Assembly: GCA_016432645.1 (NCBI GenBank)
Contig: CP066698.1
Coordinates: forward strand, 325,062 to 389,061
Reading direction: 5' to 3'
Length of the DNA: 64,000 nt
Source of the DNA: Candidatus Falkowbacteria bacterium
GTDB taxonomy: Bacteria; Patescibacteriota; Patescibacteriia; Patescibacteriales; UBA12465
The notes under the pieces are model-generated. The model saw nothing but the letters and a program-made list of their open reading frames with translations, did no database searches and was not told where the DNA came from. Position numbers and translations under genes: made by a program. Numbering within the stretch: the stretch's first letter is position 1; the number at the start of each line of letters is the position of its first letter. This document shows, piece by piece, positions 36,756-46,838 of the stretch.

Positions 36756-37085
36756 CTAAACTTTAGATCTTACGCGCACCGCTGTTTTGATTTGCGTTTG
36801 TGGTTTTTTAACGCCCAACTTCCAGAGCCGAAGCTTACCATTTTTACCGGCTCGACAAAAAACCTGAAAACTTAAATTAAGTTTAACGCGGTCGCGATAC
36901 AAACGAGTGATGAAAAAATATTCTTCCACCTGATAAACAGAGTGGGGGGTGCCATCGACATCTTCCAAAGACACATTTTCATCAAGCTGACTAAGTGCCA
37001 ACAGGCTGTCAGCAATCACTTTGTTGGTATGAGAGTCTCCAGGCTCTACATACCAATACGTCATCGGTGTTTTTTTCTCTCCCAT
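36756..37085 (-). CDS. Hypothetical protein with a basic C-terminal tail
   Basis: 109-aa ORF with its own terminator and an AAAGGAAAG purine tract upstream of the ATG. No family is recognised. Confidence 0.45.
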   Translation of the reverse strand: MGEKKTPMTYWYVEPGDSHTNKVIADSLLALSQLDENVSLEDVDGTPHSVYQVEEYFFITRLYRDRVKLNLSFQVFCRAGKNGKLRLWKLGVKKPQTQIKTAVRVRSKV

Positions 37086-37142
37086 GATTAACTTTCCTTT
37101 CTTTTAAATGTTCAAAAATATGATAATTAATTATAAATCAAT

Positions 37143-38537
37143 TTAGAATTCAGCGTTCTTCGGGGTACGCGGAAACGGAATCACGTCGCGAATATTGGCC
37201 ATACCGGAAAAATACATAATCGCCCGCTCAAAGCCCAAGCCGAAACCAGCATGCTTCACCCCACCATAGCGGCGCGTATCTAAATACCAATTATAGTCTT
37301 CCGCCTTCATCCCTAATTCCTCAATTCGTTTCTTTAAAACCTCATAGCGTTCTTCTCTCTGGCTACCACCAATAATCTCCCCAATTCCCGGAACCAGCAA
37401 ATCCATGGCGGCTACGGTTTTCCCATCTTCATTCTGGCGCATATAAAAAGCCTTGATGTCTTTGGGATAATCAGTTAAAAATACCGGCTTACCAAAAATC
37501 TTTTCAGTAATATAACGTTCGTGTTCCGTCTGTAAATCAATTCCCCATTTGACCGGATAGTTGAATTTCTCGCCACTCTTGATTAACAAATCAATCGCCT
37601 CGGTATAAGGTAAGCGGACAAAATCAGAATTTAAAATATTATTCAATCTATCCAATAAGCCAGTATCAATAAACTTGTTGAAAAATTCCATTTCTTCCGG
37701 CAGTTCTTTCAAAATATAAGCAATTAAATATTTAATCATCTTCTCGGCTAAATCCATATCGTCTTTTAAATCGGCAAAAGCCATCTCCGGTTCCATCATC
37801 CAAAACTCGCAAGCATGTCTAGTCGTGTTAGAGTTCTCGGCTCTAAAAGTCGGACCAAAAGTGTAAACTCGGTTCAAACCCATGACCAAAGCTTCCGCTT
37901 CTAATTGTCCACTAACGGTTAAACCGACTTTCTTGCCAAAAAAATCCTGAGAATAATCAACTTCGCCACTAGGTAATTTAGGAGCGCCCTTCTTTAAATC
38001 TAAAGTAGTGATATTAAACATTTCACCGGCGCCTTCCGCGTCGCTGCCGGAAATTATCGGGGTATGGATATAAGCAAAACCTTCTTCTTGAAAAAATTTA
38101 TGAATCGCAAAACTTAAAGTTGAGCGCAAGCGAAAAACCGCGGAAAAAGTATTGCTGCGGCCGCGCAGATGGGCAATTTCCCGTAAAAATTCAAAACTAT
38201 GCTTTTTCTTCTGCAAAGGATAATCCGCTTCCGCCAAACCAATAACTGTAATCTTTTTAGCCTTCAGTTCAAATTCCTGACCAGCAGCTGGCGACTCCAC
38301 CAAAACGCCCTCAATTTCCAAAGAAGAACCAATTGTCGTTTTCTCTATTTCAGAAAAATTACTAATATTAGCATCAAAAACGACTTGCAAGCCCTTAAAA
38401 AAGCTGCCGTCATTAACTTCAATAAAGCCAAATTCCTTAGAACTTCTCAGGGTTCTCACCCAGGCACCAACTTTAATTTCTTGGCCAAAGTATTTCTTAG
38501 GTTCGCGATGAAGCGATTTAATATCAATATAAGCCAT
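37143..38537 (-). CDS. asnS: Asparagine--tRNA ligase
   Basis: Class IIb architecture with [25 protein letters not shown] and the AsnRS-typical C-terminus [10 protein letters not shown]. Confidence 0.95.
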   Translation of the reverse strand: MAYIDIKSLHREPKKYFGQEIKVGAWVRTLRSSKEFGFIEVNDGSFFKGLQVVFDANISNFSEIEKTTIGSSLEIEGVLVESPAAGQEFELKAKKITVIGLAEADYPLQKKKHSFEFLREIAHLRGRSNTFSAVFRLRSTLSFAIHKFFQEEGFAYIHTPIISGSDAEGAGEMFNITTLDLKKGAPKLPSGEVDYSQDFFGKKVGLTVSGQLEAEALVMGLNRVYTFGPTFRAENSNTTRHACEFWMMEPEMAFADLKDDMDLAEKMIKYLIAYILKELPEEMEFFNKFIDTGLLDRLNNILNSDFVRLPYTEAIDLLIKSGEKFNYPVKWGIDLQTEHERYITEKIFGKPVFLTDYPKDIKAFYMRQNEDGKTVAAMDLLVPGIGEIIGGSQREERYEVLKKRIEELGMKAEDYNWYLDTRRYGGVKHAGFGLGFERAIMYFSGMANIRDVIPFPRTPKNAEF

Positions 38538-38630
38538 ATATATGCTAATTACTAGTTAGATTAACAAAACTATATTAATACGAACTTGATTTTTTTTCAA
38601 TACTAAGCCTAATATCGGAGCGCCGCTGAA

Positions 38631-39656
38631 TTAAGCGGAGACTAAATTAATCGGCTTCTTTTTTTGATACGCTAAAATATTTTCAATAGTCATATCCAAA
38701 ATTCTAAGCAAAGCTTCCTCGGAATTAAACGCATTATGTGGGGTAATGATTACCTTAGGGTGTTGGAGCAATAGATGGTTGCGCAAGACTGTTTTTAAAT
38801 CAAATTTCTTATTAAATTCTTTGGATAAAAGCTCTTTCTCTTCTTTAATAAAACCCTCTTCTTCCAAAACATCCAAACCGGCGCCGGCCAAGATGCCGCT
38901 ATCTAAGGCTTTAAGTAAAGCTGAAGAACTGACCAAACCGCCGCGTGAAGTATTAAGTAAATACGCGCCGCGCTTAATTAATTTAATATTTTTACTATTT
39001 ATTAAATGATGAGTGAATTTATTATAAGGGACGTGGAGACTAATAATATCGGAATTGGCCAACAAATATTCCAGCGAAACATATTTGAGTTTTAACTTTT
39101 TAGCCAATTCTTTATTGGGCTTCAAATCATAAACCAGAATATTCATCCCCAAGCTGGAAACCATTTCGGCAAATTTAGAGCCAATGTGTCCCAGCCCGAC
39201 TAAGCCGATAGTCTTTCCTTTTAAATCAAAACCGCGCAGGCCGTCCAAAGAAAAATTACCGGTACGCGCCCGCTCAACTGACGGGACTAACTTTCTGGAC
39301 AAAGCTAGTAATAAAGCCAGGGTGTGCTCCGCCACCGTATTTTCTCCATAAAAAGGAACATTACTGACTTTTATCTTGCGCTTGGCGCAAACGTCCAAGT
39401 CAATATGGTCATAACCGGTGGACATTGTGGCAATCATTTTTAATTTACTTAACTTTTCCAGAGTAGCTTTATCTAAAGAAGAATAGATAAAAGCCGCTAG
39501 AATATCGATTTCTCTCAAACTTTTAATATCTTTCTGCTTAACCTGAGTATTATGAAACTCTAACGTTAAAGCTTTTTCTTTGGCCAAGCGCGCGGAAATA
39601 TATTTCTCCTCCCACTTTTCAAGCTCAAAAAAAGCGACTTTTGTTTTATTAGCCAT
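38631..39656 (-). CDS. D-isomer-specific 2-hydroxyacid dehydrogenase (D-lactate dehydrogenase-like)
   Basis: NAD-binding site GLVGLGHIGSKFAEMV, and catalytic-region motifs NTSRGGLV and ITPHNAF. Confidence 0.85.
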   Translation of the reverse strand: MANKTKVAFFELEKWEEKYISARLAKEKALTLEFHNTQVKQKDIKSLREIDILAAFIYSSLDKATLEKLSKLKMIATMSTGYDHIDLDVCAKRKIKVSNVPFYGENTVAEHTLALLLALSRKLVPSVERARTGNFSLDGLRGFDLKGKTIGLVGLGHIGSKFAEMVSSLGMNILVYDLKPNKELAKKLKLKYVSLEYLLANSDIISLHVPYNKFTHHLINSKNIKLIKRGAYLLNTSRGGLVSSSALLKALDSGILAGAGLDVLEEEGFIKEEKELLSKEFNKKFDLKTVLRNHLLLQHPKVIITPHNAFNSEEALLRILDMTIENILAYQKKKPINLVSA

Positions 39657-39662
39657 ATGTGA

Positions 39663-39695
39663 ATCATTAAATAATTAATGATTATATTATAGCAT
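39663..39695 (-). promoter_or_regulatory. Extended -10 (TGCTATAAT) followed immediately by a 9-bp inverted repeat (AATCATTAA-N4-TTAATGATT)
   Basis: The reverse complement of 39687-39695 is TGCTATAAT. The inverted-repeat arms are at 39663-39671 and 39676-39684, between the -10 element and the dehydrogenase ATG (39656). Confidence 0.4.
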
Positions 39696-39726
39696 AGAAA
39701 ACAAGCCGCTTCTGACTTTTTATCAT

Positions 39727-40923
39727 CTATTCACTTCTTAAGGCATCGACTGGATCAAGCCGGCTCGCTTTAAAAGCAGGATAAAATCCGAAGAAAACGC
39801 CGACTAAAACCGAAAAAGAAAAACCAATTAGCGGCCCGGTCCAAGAAGAGGCCATACTAATCCAATCAAAATAGGAAATAATCGGGATGGCTCCTTGACC
39901 AATCCCCATCCCGATCAAGCCGCCAACCATGGATAAAATAACCGATTCTAATAAAAATTGACTCAAGATGTCTGCTTGCTTACCGCCAATCGCTTTAGCA
40001 ATACCAATTTCTTTAGTTCTTTCCGCCACGGTCACAAACATCACATTCATAATCCCAATTCCCGAAACTAAAAGAGTGATGGCCGCAATCGCCGTCAGTA
40101 AGGCCGTCATGGTTTTGGCAGATTCTTGGGCGGCCGCAACCATACTACCGGCATCCATAATCTGAAAATCATTTTCTTGAGTCGTTTTTAATTTATGTTC
40201 AGTCCGCAGGAGAGAAACAATGCTACTAGTGGCAGCCGCGGTATTATCCACATTATCAACGGTCGTGGTAATCATTACCTGGCCCTTAGAACCAAGGATA
40301 CTTTTCTCGGCGGTCGTACTGGGAATAATGACGGCTGAATCAACGGAAATCATCCCGATACGGGAGCCAAGCTTTTTTAAAACACCGACGATTTCTATTT
40401 TTTTCCCACCGACTGTTATTTCCGTACCAATCGGGCTAGTGCCGTCAGAAAACAAATCAGAAACAACTGTTGAGCCGACAACCGCTACTGTCGTTTTATT
40501 TTCAACATCATCCACCTCTATACCTCTGCCCTGTTCAACTATTAAATTAGAAATGGTAATAAAATTGGCGTCAACTCCAACCACCCCATAACTTTTATCC
40601 GTAGCGCCATAGGAAACCGTAGCATTGCCTTGAATGGCACCGGTTGCCGAAGAAATGTGATCGGCGCTAAGTAATAATTGTGCATCACCAGTGGCTAATT
40701 TGGAACTACTAGTAAATCCTCGTCCGCGATTAGGCATAATGAGAATAGAGTTGGCACTTAAATTTTGAAATTGCGAATTAACTGATTCTTGAGCGCCTTT
40801 ACCAACCGCAAAAACCGCAATGACCGTCGCCACTCCGATAATAATCCCGAGCATGGAGAGAAGAGTTCTTGTTTTTTTGGCCAGCAAGGATTCAAAGGCC
40901 ATTTTTATTATTTCTAAATTCAT
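39727..40923 (-). CDS. ABC transporter permease, MacB/FtsX family
   Basis: 398 aa with an N-terminal TM helix, a large periplasmic MacB_PCD-like domain and a C-terminal FtsX 3-TM bundle (AERTKEIGIAKAIGG). Confidence 0.85.
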   Translation of the reverse strand: MNLEIIKMAFESLLAKKTRTLLSMLGIIIGVATVIAVFAVGKGAQESVNSQFQNLSANSILIMPNRGRGFTSSSKLATGDAQLLLSADHISSATGAIQGNATVSYGATDKSYGVVGVDANFITISNLIVEQGRGIEVDDVENKTTVAVVGSTVVSDLFSDGTSPIGTEITVGGKKIEIVGVLKKLGSRIGMISVDSAVIIPSTTAEKSILGSKGQVMITTTVDNVDNTAAATSSIVSLLRTEHKLKTTQENDFQIMDAGSMVAAAQESAKTMTALLTAIAAITLLVSGIGIMNVMFVTVAERTKEIGIAKAIGGKQADILSQFLLESVILSMVGGLIGMGIGQGAIPIISYFDWISMASSWTGPLIGFSFSVLVGVFFGFYPAFKASRLDPVDALRSE

Positions 40924-40943
40924 ATTAATCGAGCGTCCGAAAA

Positions 40944-41654
40944 TTAATAAGAGCTTTTTAACTGATAATTATGACTAAGCACTTGCCCGTCGCGCAGGAA
41001 GATTATTCGATCGGCATACTTGGCAACTTCAGCAGTGTGCGTAACCATAACGACGGTTTTCCCCTGTTTTTTAAAATTTGTAAAAATCTCCATAACTTCA
41101 ATTCCTGATTTAGAATCAAGTGCTCCGGTTGGCTCATCAGCTAAAATTATTTCCGGATCATTAATTAAGGCGCGACAAATTGCGACGCGTTGCTGCTGCC
41201 CGCCGGAAAGCTCTGTCGGTCGATGATTAACTCGTTCACCCATCCCCACCGACTTTAAAAGTTTTTTAGCTTTTTCCAGCCGCTCCTCGCTCGGCATACC
41301 GGCATATAAAGCCGGCAGAGCCACATTTTTAAGCGCCGTAAATCTCGAAAAAAGATTGAATTGCTGAAAAACAAAACCCATTTTCTTGTTGCGGATAAAG
41401 GCTAGAGTAAAGTCATCCTTAACATCGCCGATATTTTCGCCGTCTAAAAAATATTTCCCTTTAGTAAGCGGATGCAAGCAACCCACAACATTCAGTAGAG
41501 TGGTTTTGCCGCCGCCGGATTCTCCCATAATGGCCACAAACTCGCCCTGCTTAATTTCCAAGCTAATACCCTTTAAAACAGGAATTTCCTCGCCGTTAGC
41601 CAGATAATATGACTTATAAACGTCTTCTAATTTAATGGCAATCTTTCCGGACAT
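40944..41654 (-). CDS. ABC transporter ATP-binding protein (MacB/LolD-like)
   Basis: [12 protein letters not shown] Walker [16 protein letters not shown] signature and [11 protein letters not shown] Walker B. The start [12 protein letters not shown] at 41654 avoids overlap with the MFP gene stop (41656). Confidence 0.9.
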   Translation of the reverse strand: MSGKIAIKLEDVYKSYYLANGEEIPVLKGISLEIKQGEFVAIMGESGGGKTTLLNVVGCLHPLTKGKYFLDGENIGDVKDDFTLAFIRNKKMGFVFQQFNLFSRFTALKNVALPALYAGMPSEERLEKAKKLLKSVGMGERVNHRPTELSGGQQQRVAICRALINDPEIILADEPTGALDSKSGIEVMEIFTNFKKQGKTVVMVTHTAEVAKYADRIIFLRDGQVLSHNYQLKSSY

Positions 41655-41655
41655 A

Positions 41656-43521
41656 TTAATAAACAATAAGCTCGCCGGCATTTAAACCGCTAATAATTTC
41701 GACTTTCTTGCCGTCGGTAAATCCCGTCACCACGGTAGCAAAACTGCCATCTATTTTTTCAACCGACGGATTACCACCCACATTTCTCACCGCCGCTACG
41801 GGAACCGCTAAAACGTCAGCGGCTTCAGAAGTCACAAATTCAATTGCTGCCGTCATTCCTTCCCTAACTTGATTTTCTCCGGTATTAGTCAACAAAACCC
41901 TAACCAAATAGGTTACAATGCCGTTGGCGCTAGTATCGGAAGTCATGGCGATAAAGCTCACTTCCCCCGTTAATTTCACGCCATCAACTGCATCAAAAGT
42001 TACTTGCGCCTTATCACCGACTTTCAATTTGCTAATATCAGCTTCTTCAATATCGGCTTCTATATAAAGAGTGTCGTTATTAATAATAGTGGCCATTGTC
42101 TTGGCGCTGTCGCTTAAAATAATGTCACCCTTCTTATAATTAAGCATGGAAACAACGCCATCGATTGGTGAAGTTAAAGTTGCTTGTTCATAGTTGTATT
42201 TAGCTTTGTCCACGCTAATAGAGGCGGAGGTGAGTTGAGCACGAGCCGAAGCTAAATCAGAAGAGCTAATCGGTGCAATTAAATCTTGATAATCTTGCTT
42301 TGCCTGAGTCAAAGAAATTTCCCGCGATTTAACAGAGTTTTCCGAATTTTTAATATTCTGAGTTGCTTGATTTTTAGTTATTTCTAAATCCTGCTTAGCT
42401 TTGTCATAGGCAATTTGGAATTTTTTCAAACTAAGTTTAGCATCCACTACTGCCTGGACGGAATTATCTAAACTAGAAATAGCAGAATTAATTGACGAGC
42501 GATTGGAACTAACGGTTGATTTAAAACCGTCTAATTTACTCTGAGAAAGCCCGGTAAAGGTAATCGTTGCATCCAGCATCTTCTGCATATTATAAAGATG
42601 ATCTTGGAAGGCGGACAAAACGCTTTCCATTTTAATGGCCACCGCATCAATTTCCGAACTATTACTAGTCGTCAAGGCAACTATACGGCTATCAATATCA
42701 TTACGCAAACTTTTAGCGCGGGCGTAGCTATCTTTAGCCCCCGACAAAGAACTGGAATCCTTGGCACCGAGCACATTTTCAAAGTCATCATTAATTGATT
42801 GTTCATCAACGCCGATGACACTATCGGAATCGCGCAATATTTTTTGCAAAGTAATATTGATTGATTTGATATTAATGGCTAAATCTGAATAAGCACTGCG
42901 TACGATTTCACTATCACTGGCATCGGTATTTAATTTTAAGTTATCCTGAGCGGTTTCTAAAGTATTTTCGGCATTAGCAATATTCTGGGCTTGATTAACC
43001 TTCGTTTGTTCCAAGCTAATTTTTGCTTGGTCCAAAGAAACTTGCGCTTGTTCAATCGCGGCTTTAGACTTGGCAATTTCGCTGGCGGTTGCCGGCTCAA
43101 TCTTAGAATTATAGGTAGCTAGCGCCGATTGATAATTATTGTAAGCGCTACGCAGTTCAAACTCTAAAGTCTCCGTTTTTACCGACGCAATTTTATCGCC
43201 TTTTTTAATTTTATCCCCTTCTTTAACATAGACATTATCAACTTCTAAATTACCGCTTACCGGAAAAGACAATTCTACACCATCTTTAGCAACTACCTTG
43301 CCGGAAGCAGAGACCGAAATTTTCAAATCTTCTTTATTAACCGTATATTTTTTCTGCTGGACAACTGCCGTCTGAGTTTTAGTATTGCGATTATAAAAAT
43401 AATAGCCAGCCCCGGCGGCAGCCAAAACAATAATCCCGATAATCAGAAATTTTTTACTAAAAATAAATCCGAAGAAGCCTCTTTTCGCTTTTTTACTTTC
43501 CTCTAAAATTGACTGAGCCAT
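41656..43521 (-). CDS. Periplasmic adaptor / membrane-fusion protein (HlyD/MacA family) with an unusually long coiled-coil hairpin
   Basis: N-terminal TM helix, a lipoyl-like segment (VKEGDKIKKGDKIASV ... SPIDGVV) and a roughly 300-aa heptad-like insertion. 621 aa. Confidence 0.75.
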   Translation of the reverse strand: MAQSILEESKKAKRGFFGFIFSKKFLIIGIIVLAAAGAGYYFYNRNTKTQTAVVQQKKYTVNKEDLKISVSASGKVVAKDGVELSFPVSGNLEVDNVYVKEGDKIKKGDKIASVKTETLEFELRSAYNNYQSALATYNSKIEPATASEIAKSKAAIEQAQVSLDQAKISLEQTKVNQAQNIANAENTLETAQDNLKLNTDASDSEIVRSAYSDLAINIKSINITLQKILRDSDSVIGVDEQSINDDFENVLGAKDSSSLSGAKDSYARAKSLRNDIDSRIVALTTSNSSEIDAVAIKMESVLSAFQDHLYNMQKMLDATITFTGLSQSKLDGFKSTVSSNRSSINSAISSLDNSVQAVVDAKLSLKKFQIAYDKAKQDLEITKNQATQNIKNSENSVKSREISLTQAKQDYQDLIAPISSSDLASARAQLTSASISVDKAKYNYEQATLTSPIDGVVSMLNYKKGDIILSDSAKTMATIINNDTLYIEADIEEADISKLKVGDKAQVTFDAVDGVKLTGEVSFIAMTSDTSANGIVTYLVRVLLTNTGENQVREGMTAAIEFVTSEAADVLAVPVAAVRNVGGNPSVEKIDGSFATVVTGFTDGKKVEIISGLNAGELIVY

Positions 43522-43529
43522 AAATTTAT

Positions 43530-44165
43530 TTAATTAATAAGCACAAATTCGGCGACTTTTTTATCAGTCACGCTCTGATTAAGCCAAATAGTAATCATTT
43601 TATCGGCCGTAATGTCGCTTAAATTAGCTTCAATCATTTCTCGGCTGCCATTTTCAGAGCTGAATTTTAACATTTTAATACCAACTGGAATTATTACTTT
43701 TTCCTCGCCAGAACTCATAGCCTTTAAGGTTTCCAGCATTTGTGCGCGACTATCGGCAGTTTGCCCGCCCGCTCCTCCAGGACCACCGCCCATCCCCATT
43801 CCCATACCCATGCCAGCGCCTCCTCCAGCAGGAACACCAGTTGTAGTTAAGGAAACACCAGCTTCTTTTTTAGTATTATTATTCTCAGTATTTGTAGCCT
43901 CAGTAGAACTAGCCTGCCTGTTTGGCATTTCAACCTTTAAAACATTAACCTCATTACCTAAGATTGATTTTACTAAACCGCGAATATCGGATGCTCTATC
44001 CGGTTGTCCAAAATCAGGACGATTATTTCTACTAGGATTAAGGGCGGCATTACTCTTGTCAGTCGTAGTGCTTGTTTGGCTATTATCTTTATTAGTTTGA
44101 CCGCAGGCAGTCAAAACAAACAAGAAAAGTAACAAAACAGACGAAAAAGCTAGCTTTTTTTTCAT
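43530..44165 (-). CDS. Lipoprotein with a central Gly/Met/Pro tract (GGGAGMGMGMGMGGGPGGAGG)
   Basis: Signal peptide plus lipobox (LFVLTAC). It is the first gene of the MFP-ABC operon, with a 9-nt gap to the MFP gene. Confidence 0.6.
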   Translation of the reverse strand: MKKKLAFSSVLLLFLFVLTACGQTNKDNSQTSTTTDKSNAALNPSRNNRPDFGQPDRASDIRGLVKSILGNEVNVLKVEMPNRQASSTEATNTENNNTKKEAGVSLTTTGVPAGGGAGMGMGMGMGGGPGGAGGQTADSRAQMLETLKAMSSGEEKVIIPVGIKMLKFSSENGSREMIEANLSDITADKMITIWLNQSVTDKKVAEFVLIN

Positions 44166-44275
44166 ACAATTTAAAATTTAAAATTAAAACCAAGATGGTT
44201 TATACCTAATAATACGCAAGTCTCAAAATTTTCTTCTTTGATTCGCTTAAATTACTTAACGCCAAAGAAAAAAGA

Positions 44276-44308
44276 CCCTCCGTAAAAACGAAGGGTCTCT
44301 CACAAATT
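44276..44308 (-). terminator. Intrinsic terminator after the purM-like gene
   Basis: Stem GACCCT/AGGGTC (44283-44288 / 44301-44306), extendable through the loop, is followed on the minus strand by a U-run. Confidence 0.65.
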
Positions 44309-44326
44309 TAGGTTAAAAATTAAATT

Positions 44327-45529
44327 TTAGTACTCAAACCTCCCGTAGGGGGTGTTGAGAATGACATGGTTTTTGTCGTCGTGGCCAGGTTCAACGGAAC
44401 CGAGTTCTGATAATTTTAAACCACAACTGTAAACCGCCGCCTTAACTGCATTAACAAAGAGAATATTATCTTCGCCTACGATATCCACGCCAATACCACA
44501 ATTAAAGGTGGTAAACATATACTGCCATGGCTGTTTCGTTTCTGCCTGAATGAAAAGGAATAACGGAGAGGGTTCGGGCATATTTTTGACATAGGTTACA
44601 TTCTGACCGACATTGACAATTTTAGTTGCCCCGCCGCCGGTATTAATAGATATCCCATGTAACATTTGAAGAATGCCGCGGTCTTTTAATTCCTGAATAA
44701 TTTCCCGAATCACAATTGCCCACTGACGCGTTGGTGAAAGAATCGCCTCACTAATAGTCGCGCCACCCAAAATTTCTGGTTTAGCGCCGGGATAATGGCG
44801 GCCCTTATAAAAACGGCCGTCTCCCAAATCAGGATATTTTTCATTAAAAACCAAATCCATCGCCCCGCCTCTAAGCAGAGTCATGCCATTAGACATACCG
44901 CCGAAGTTTGGTTTATCTTCCCAAACAGCTTGCCCGTCAGAATGAAGACCAAGAATAATGTCACCGACTTTTGTTTGGCCGATAATGACATCTTCTTTAT
45001 CAGCCCAAGCGCTAACTGCGACGTTGAAAACTCCGGACTTAACCTGATAAGGCAGGTCGGCCGTCTCCCCGCCAAAAAATTTGAGATCAAAACCAAAATC
45101 TTTGTAGATTTTGAGTAGTTCCTGAAAACGTTTTTTAATTTGACGGGTAACAATATCTTTAATGTTAGCATTGCCACAATCAAAGATATCAACGATATGA
45201 ATTCGGCCAAAAACGAAACCGGCAGCCGCAATATCGCTAGTATTCATTGATAAACCGTCATCAACCGTACCAGCAAAAACATTTTCATCGCCGTTTTCAT
45301 AGTAGTCTAAAACCCTTTGGATAAACTTACTGCCATCACCGTCGGCGTGCATTGTTGTCCGTCCGTTAGGATTAGAAGGGTCGTCATTAATGTTCACGAA
45401 AGCACCGGGATACATATTATCAATTATGCTTTCAAAATTGGCTTTAATGCCACTTTTATCAGAAGCGACGCCATACTGTTTGTAAAGATCTTCGCTTTGC
45501 GGAGTCTTGTCTGGATTTTCTTGTTCCAT
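44327..45529 (-). CDS. Divergent PurM-fold protein (AIR synthase-related; phosphoribosylformylglycinamidine cyclo-ligase-like)
   Basis: 400 aa. DGDGSKF (compare DGVGTK), GGETADLP (compare GGETAEMP), LSPTRQW, INTGGG and TFNCGIGVDIV follow the order of PurM motifs, but the N-terminus and several blocks are divergent. Confidence 0.6.
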   Translation of the reverse strand: MEQENPDKTPQSEDLYKQYGVASDKSGIKANFESIIDNMYPGAFVNINDDPSNPNGRTTMHADGDGSKFIQRVLDYYENGDENVFAGTVDDGLSMNTSDIAAAGFVFGRIHIVDIFDCGNANIKDIVTRQIKKRFQELLKIYKDFGFDLKFFGGETADLPYQVKSGVFNVAVSAWADKEDVIIGQTKVGDIILGLHSDGQAVWEDKPNFGGMSNGMTLLRGGAMDLVFNEKYPDLGDGRFYKGRHYPGAKPEILGGATISEAILSPTRQWAIVIREIIQELKDRGILQMLHGISINTGGGATKIVNVGQNVTYVKNMPEPSPLFLFIQAETKQPWQYMFTTFNCGIGVDIVGEDNILFVNAVKAAVYSCGLKLSELGSVEPGHDDKNHVILNTPYGRFEY

Positions 45530-45740
45530 TACTTAAAAATTTATTGGTGAATACTAAAAAATATTAAATTGGTAAATAACTTCCGCTGATATTAACATAA
45601 TAAGTCAACAATTGTCAAATAAATAAAAAATTTGACGTTTATTTATTTTTATATTAATATGTCTCGATACTTAAAAATAGTATTAGAGTTAATTTTCGGG
45701 GCTAATAACCCTATAATCGTTCATTAAAAACTATTAATTT

Positions 45741-46820
45741 ATGCAAAAAGTTCCAATCAACTTACAGGATGACGACTTGTCTCGCTATTTAGCAAAGATG
45801 GGGCTCGTCAGAATTTCTCAAGGCAAGGTGCGCGACACCTGGTCGTTGGAAAAACTTCTGGGACATAACGACTATTTGCTAGTCGTTGCCACGGATCGTA
45901 TCAGTATCTTTGACTATGTATTGAATGCTCTTATCCCCAAAAAAGGAGAAGTTTTGACTGCTTTAACACATTTCTGGCTCAACATGTTGAGTGGATTTGA
46001 AAATCACTTGATTCCCTCGGAATTAGAAAGCGGTTATAACTTTGCCTATGATTTGGCGGAAGATTTTCTTTTTGACCTTCCAATTGAACGTTGCCTTGTG
46101 GTAAAAAATCTAACCGGCAAAATGTATCCAGCAGAAATGATTTTCCGGGCCCATATCGGCGGCTCAGTATATCCAGAATACCAAAAAACCGGAATTGTGG
46201 CTGGTCAACAACTGCCAATTGGCTTACCAAAATGGTCAAAGTTGGAAGAGCCAATTTTCACACCGTCAACTAAAGAAGAGTTTGGTAATGACATCAACAA
46301 AGATGTTGATTATTTCTACAGCGTTATGGAATCCTTAAATTTAAAAGCTGAGGCTGAAGAAGTGGTGCTGATGCTTAAAGAAATCTACGGCATTGTCTAT
46401 AAGTATGCTGAAGACCGTGGAATTTTAATTTTGGATTCAAAATTCGAAGTGGCTGGGAAAATTCTGGCTGATGAAATTTTGACGCCTGACTCCTCTCGTT
46501 TTACCATCATAGAAGACTGGGAGAAGTCTATGGAAGAAGGCCGTGACCCATCTTTTTATGACAAACAACCAATTAGAGATTGGGGGGCAACTGTTCCAAC
46601 ACCATTCTCTGACGGGAAAGGCGGTCTGATTACCGGCTTAAATAAGCTGAAATCAGAAAATCCGGAATACCTGAAGTACATTGAGTTTGCCCAAAAAGTG
46701 GAAGTCCCGGAAGCGGTAATTTCTGCGGCCAGCAAAAGGTACACAACCATCTTTGAGATGATAACCGGAGATACTCTTGAATACTATCAGGTTGAAAAAA
46801 TGGGCGCTTTGTTAAATTAA
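45741..46820 (+). CDS. purC: Phosphoribosylaminoimidazole-succinocarboxamide (SAICAR) synthase, long form
   Basis: GKVRDTW, LLVVATDRISIFDYVL and IPKKGEVLTALTHFW motifs. 359 aa. Confidence 0.8.
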   Translation: MQKVPINLQDDDLSRYLAKMGLVRISQGKVRDTWSLEKLLGHNDYLLVVATDRISIFDYVLNALIPKKGEVLTALTHFWLNMLSGFENHLIPSELESGYNFAYDLAEDFLFDLPIERCLVVKNLTGKMYPAEMIFRAHIGGSVYPEYQKTGIVAGQQLPIGLPKWSKLEEPIFTPSTKEEFGNDINKDVDYFYSVMESLNLKAEAEEVVLMLKEIYGIVYKYAEDRGILILDSKFEVAGKILADEILTPDSSRFTIIEDWEKSMEEGRDPSFYDKQPIRDWGATVPTPFSDGKGGLITGLNKLKSENPEYLKYIEFAQKVEVPEAVISAASKRYTTIFEMITGDTLEYYQVEKMGALLN

Positions 46821-46838
46821 ATCGTTAAACTTTACGGA

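Noticed and set aside
45617-45648. 11-bp inverted repeat AAATAAATAAA / TTTATTTATTT in the purM-like/purC divergent region
   Set aside because: It is composed only of A/T in an AT-rich spacer, so it is likely low-complexity coincidence. I also looked for a ZTP riboswitch here and found none.
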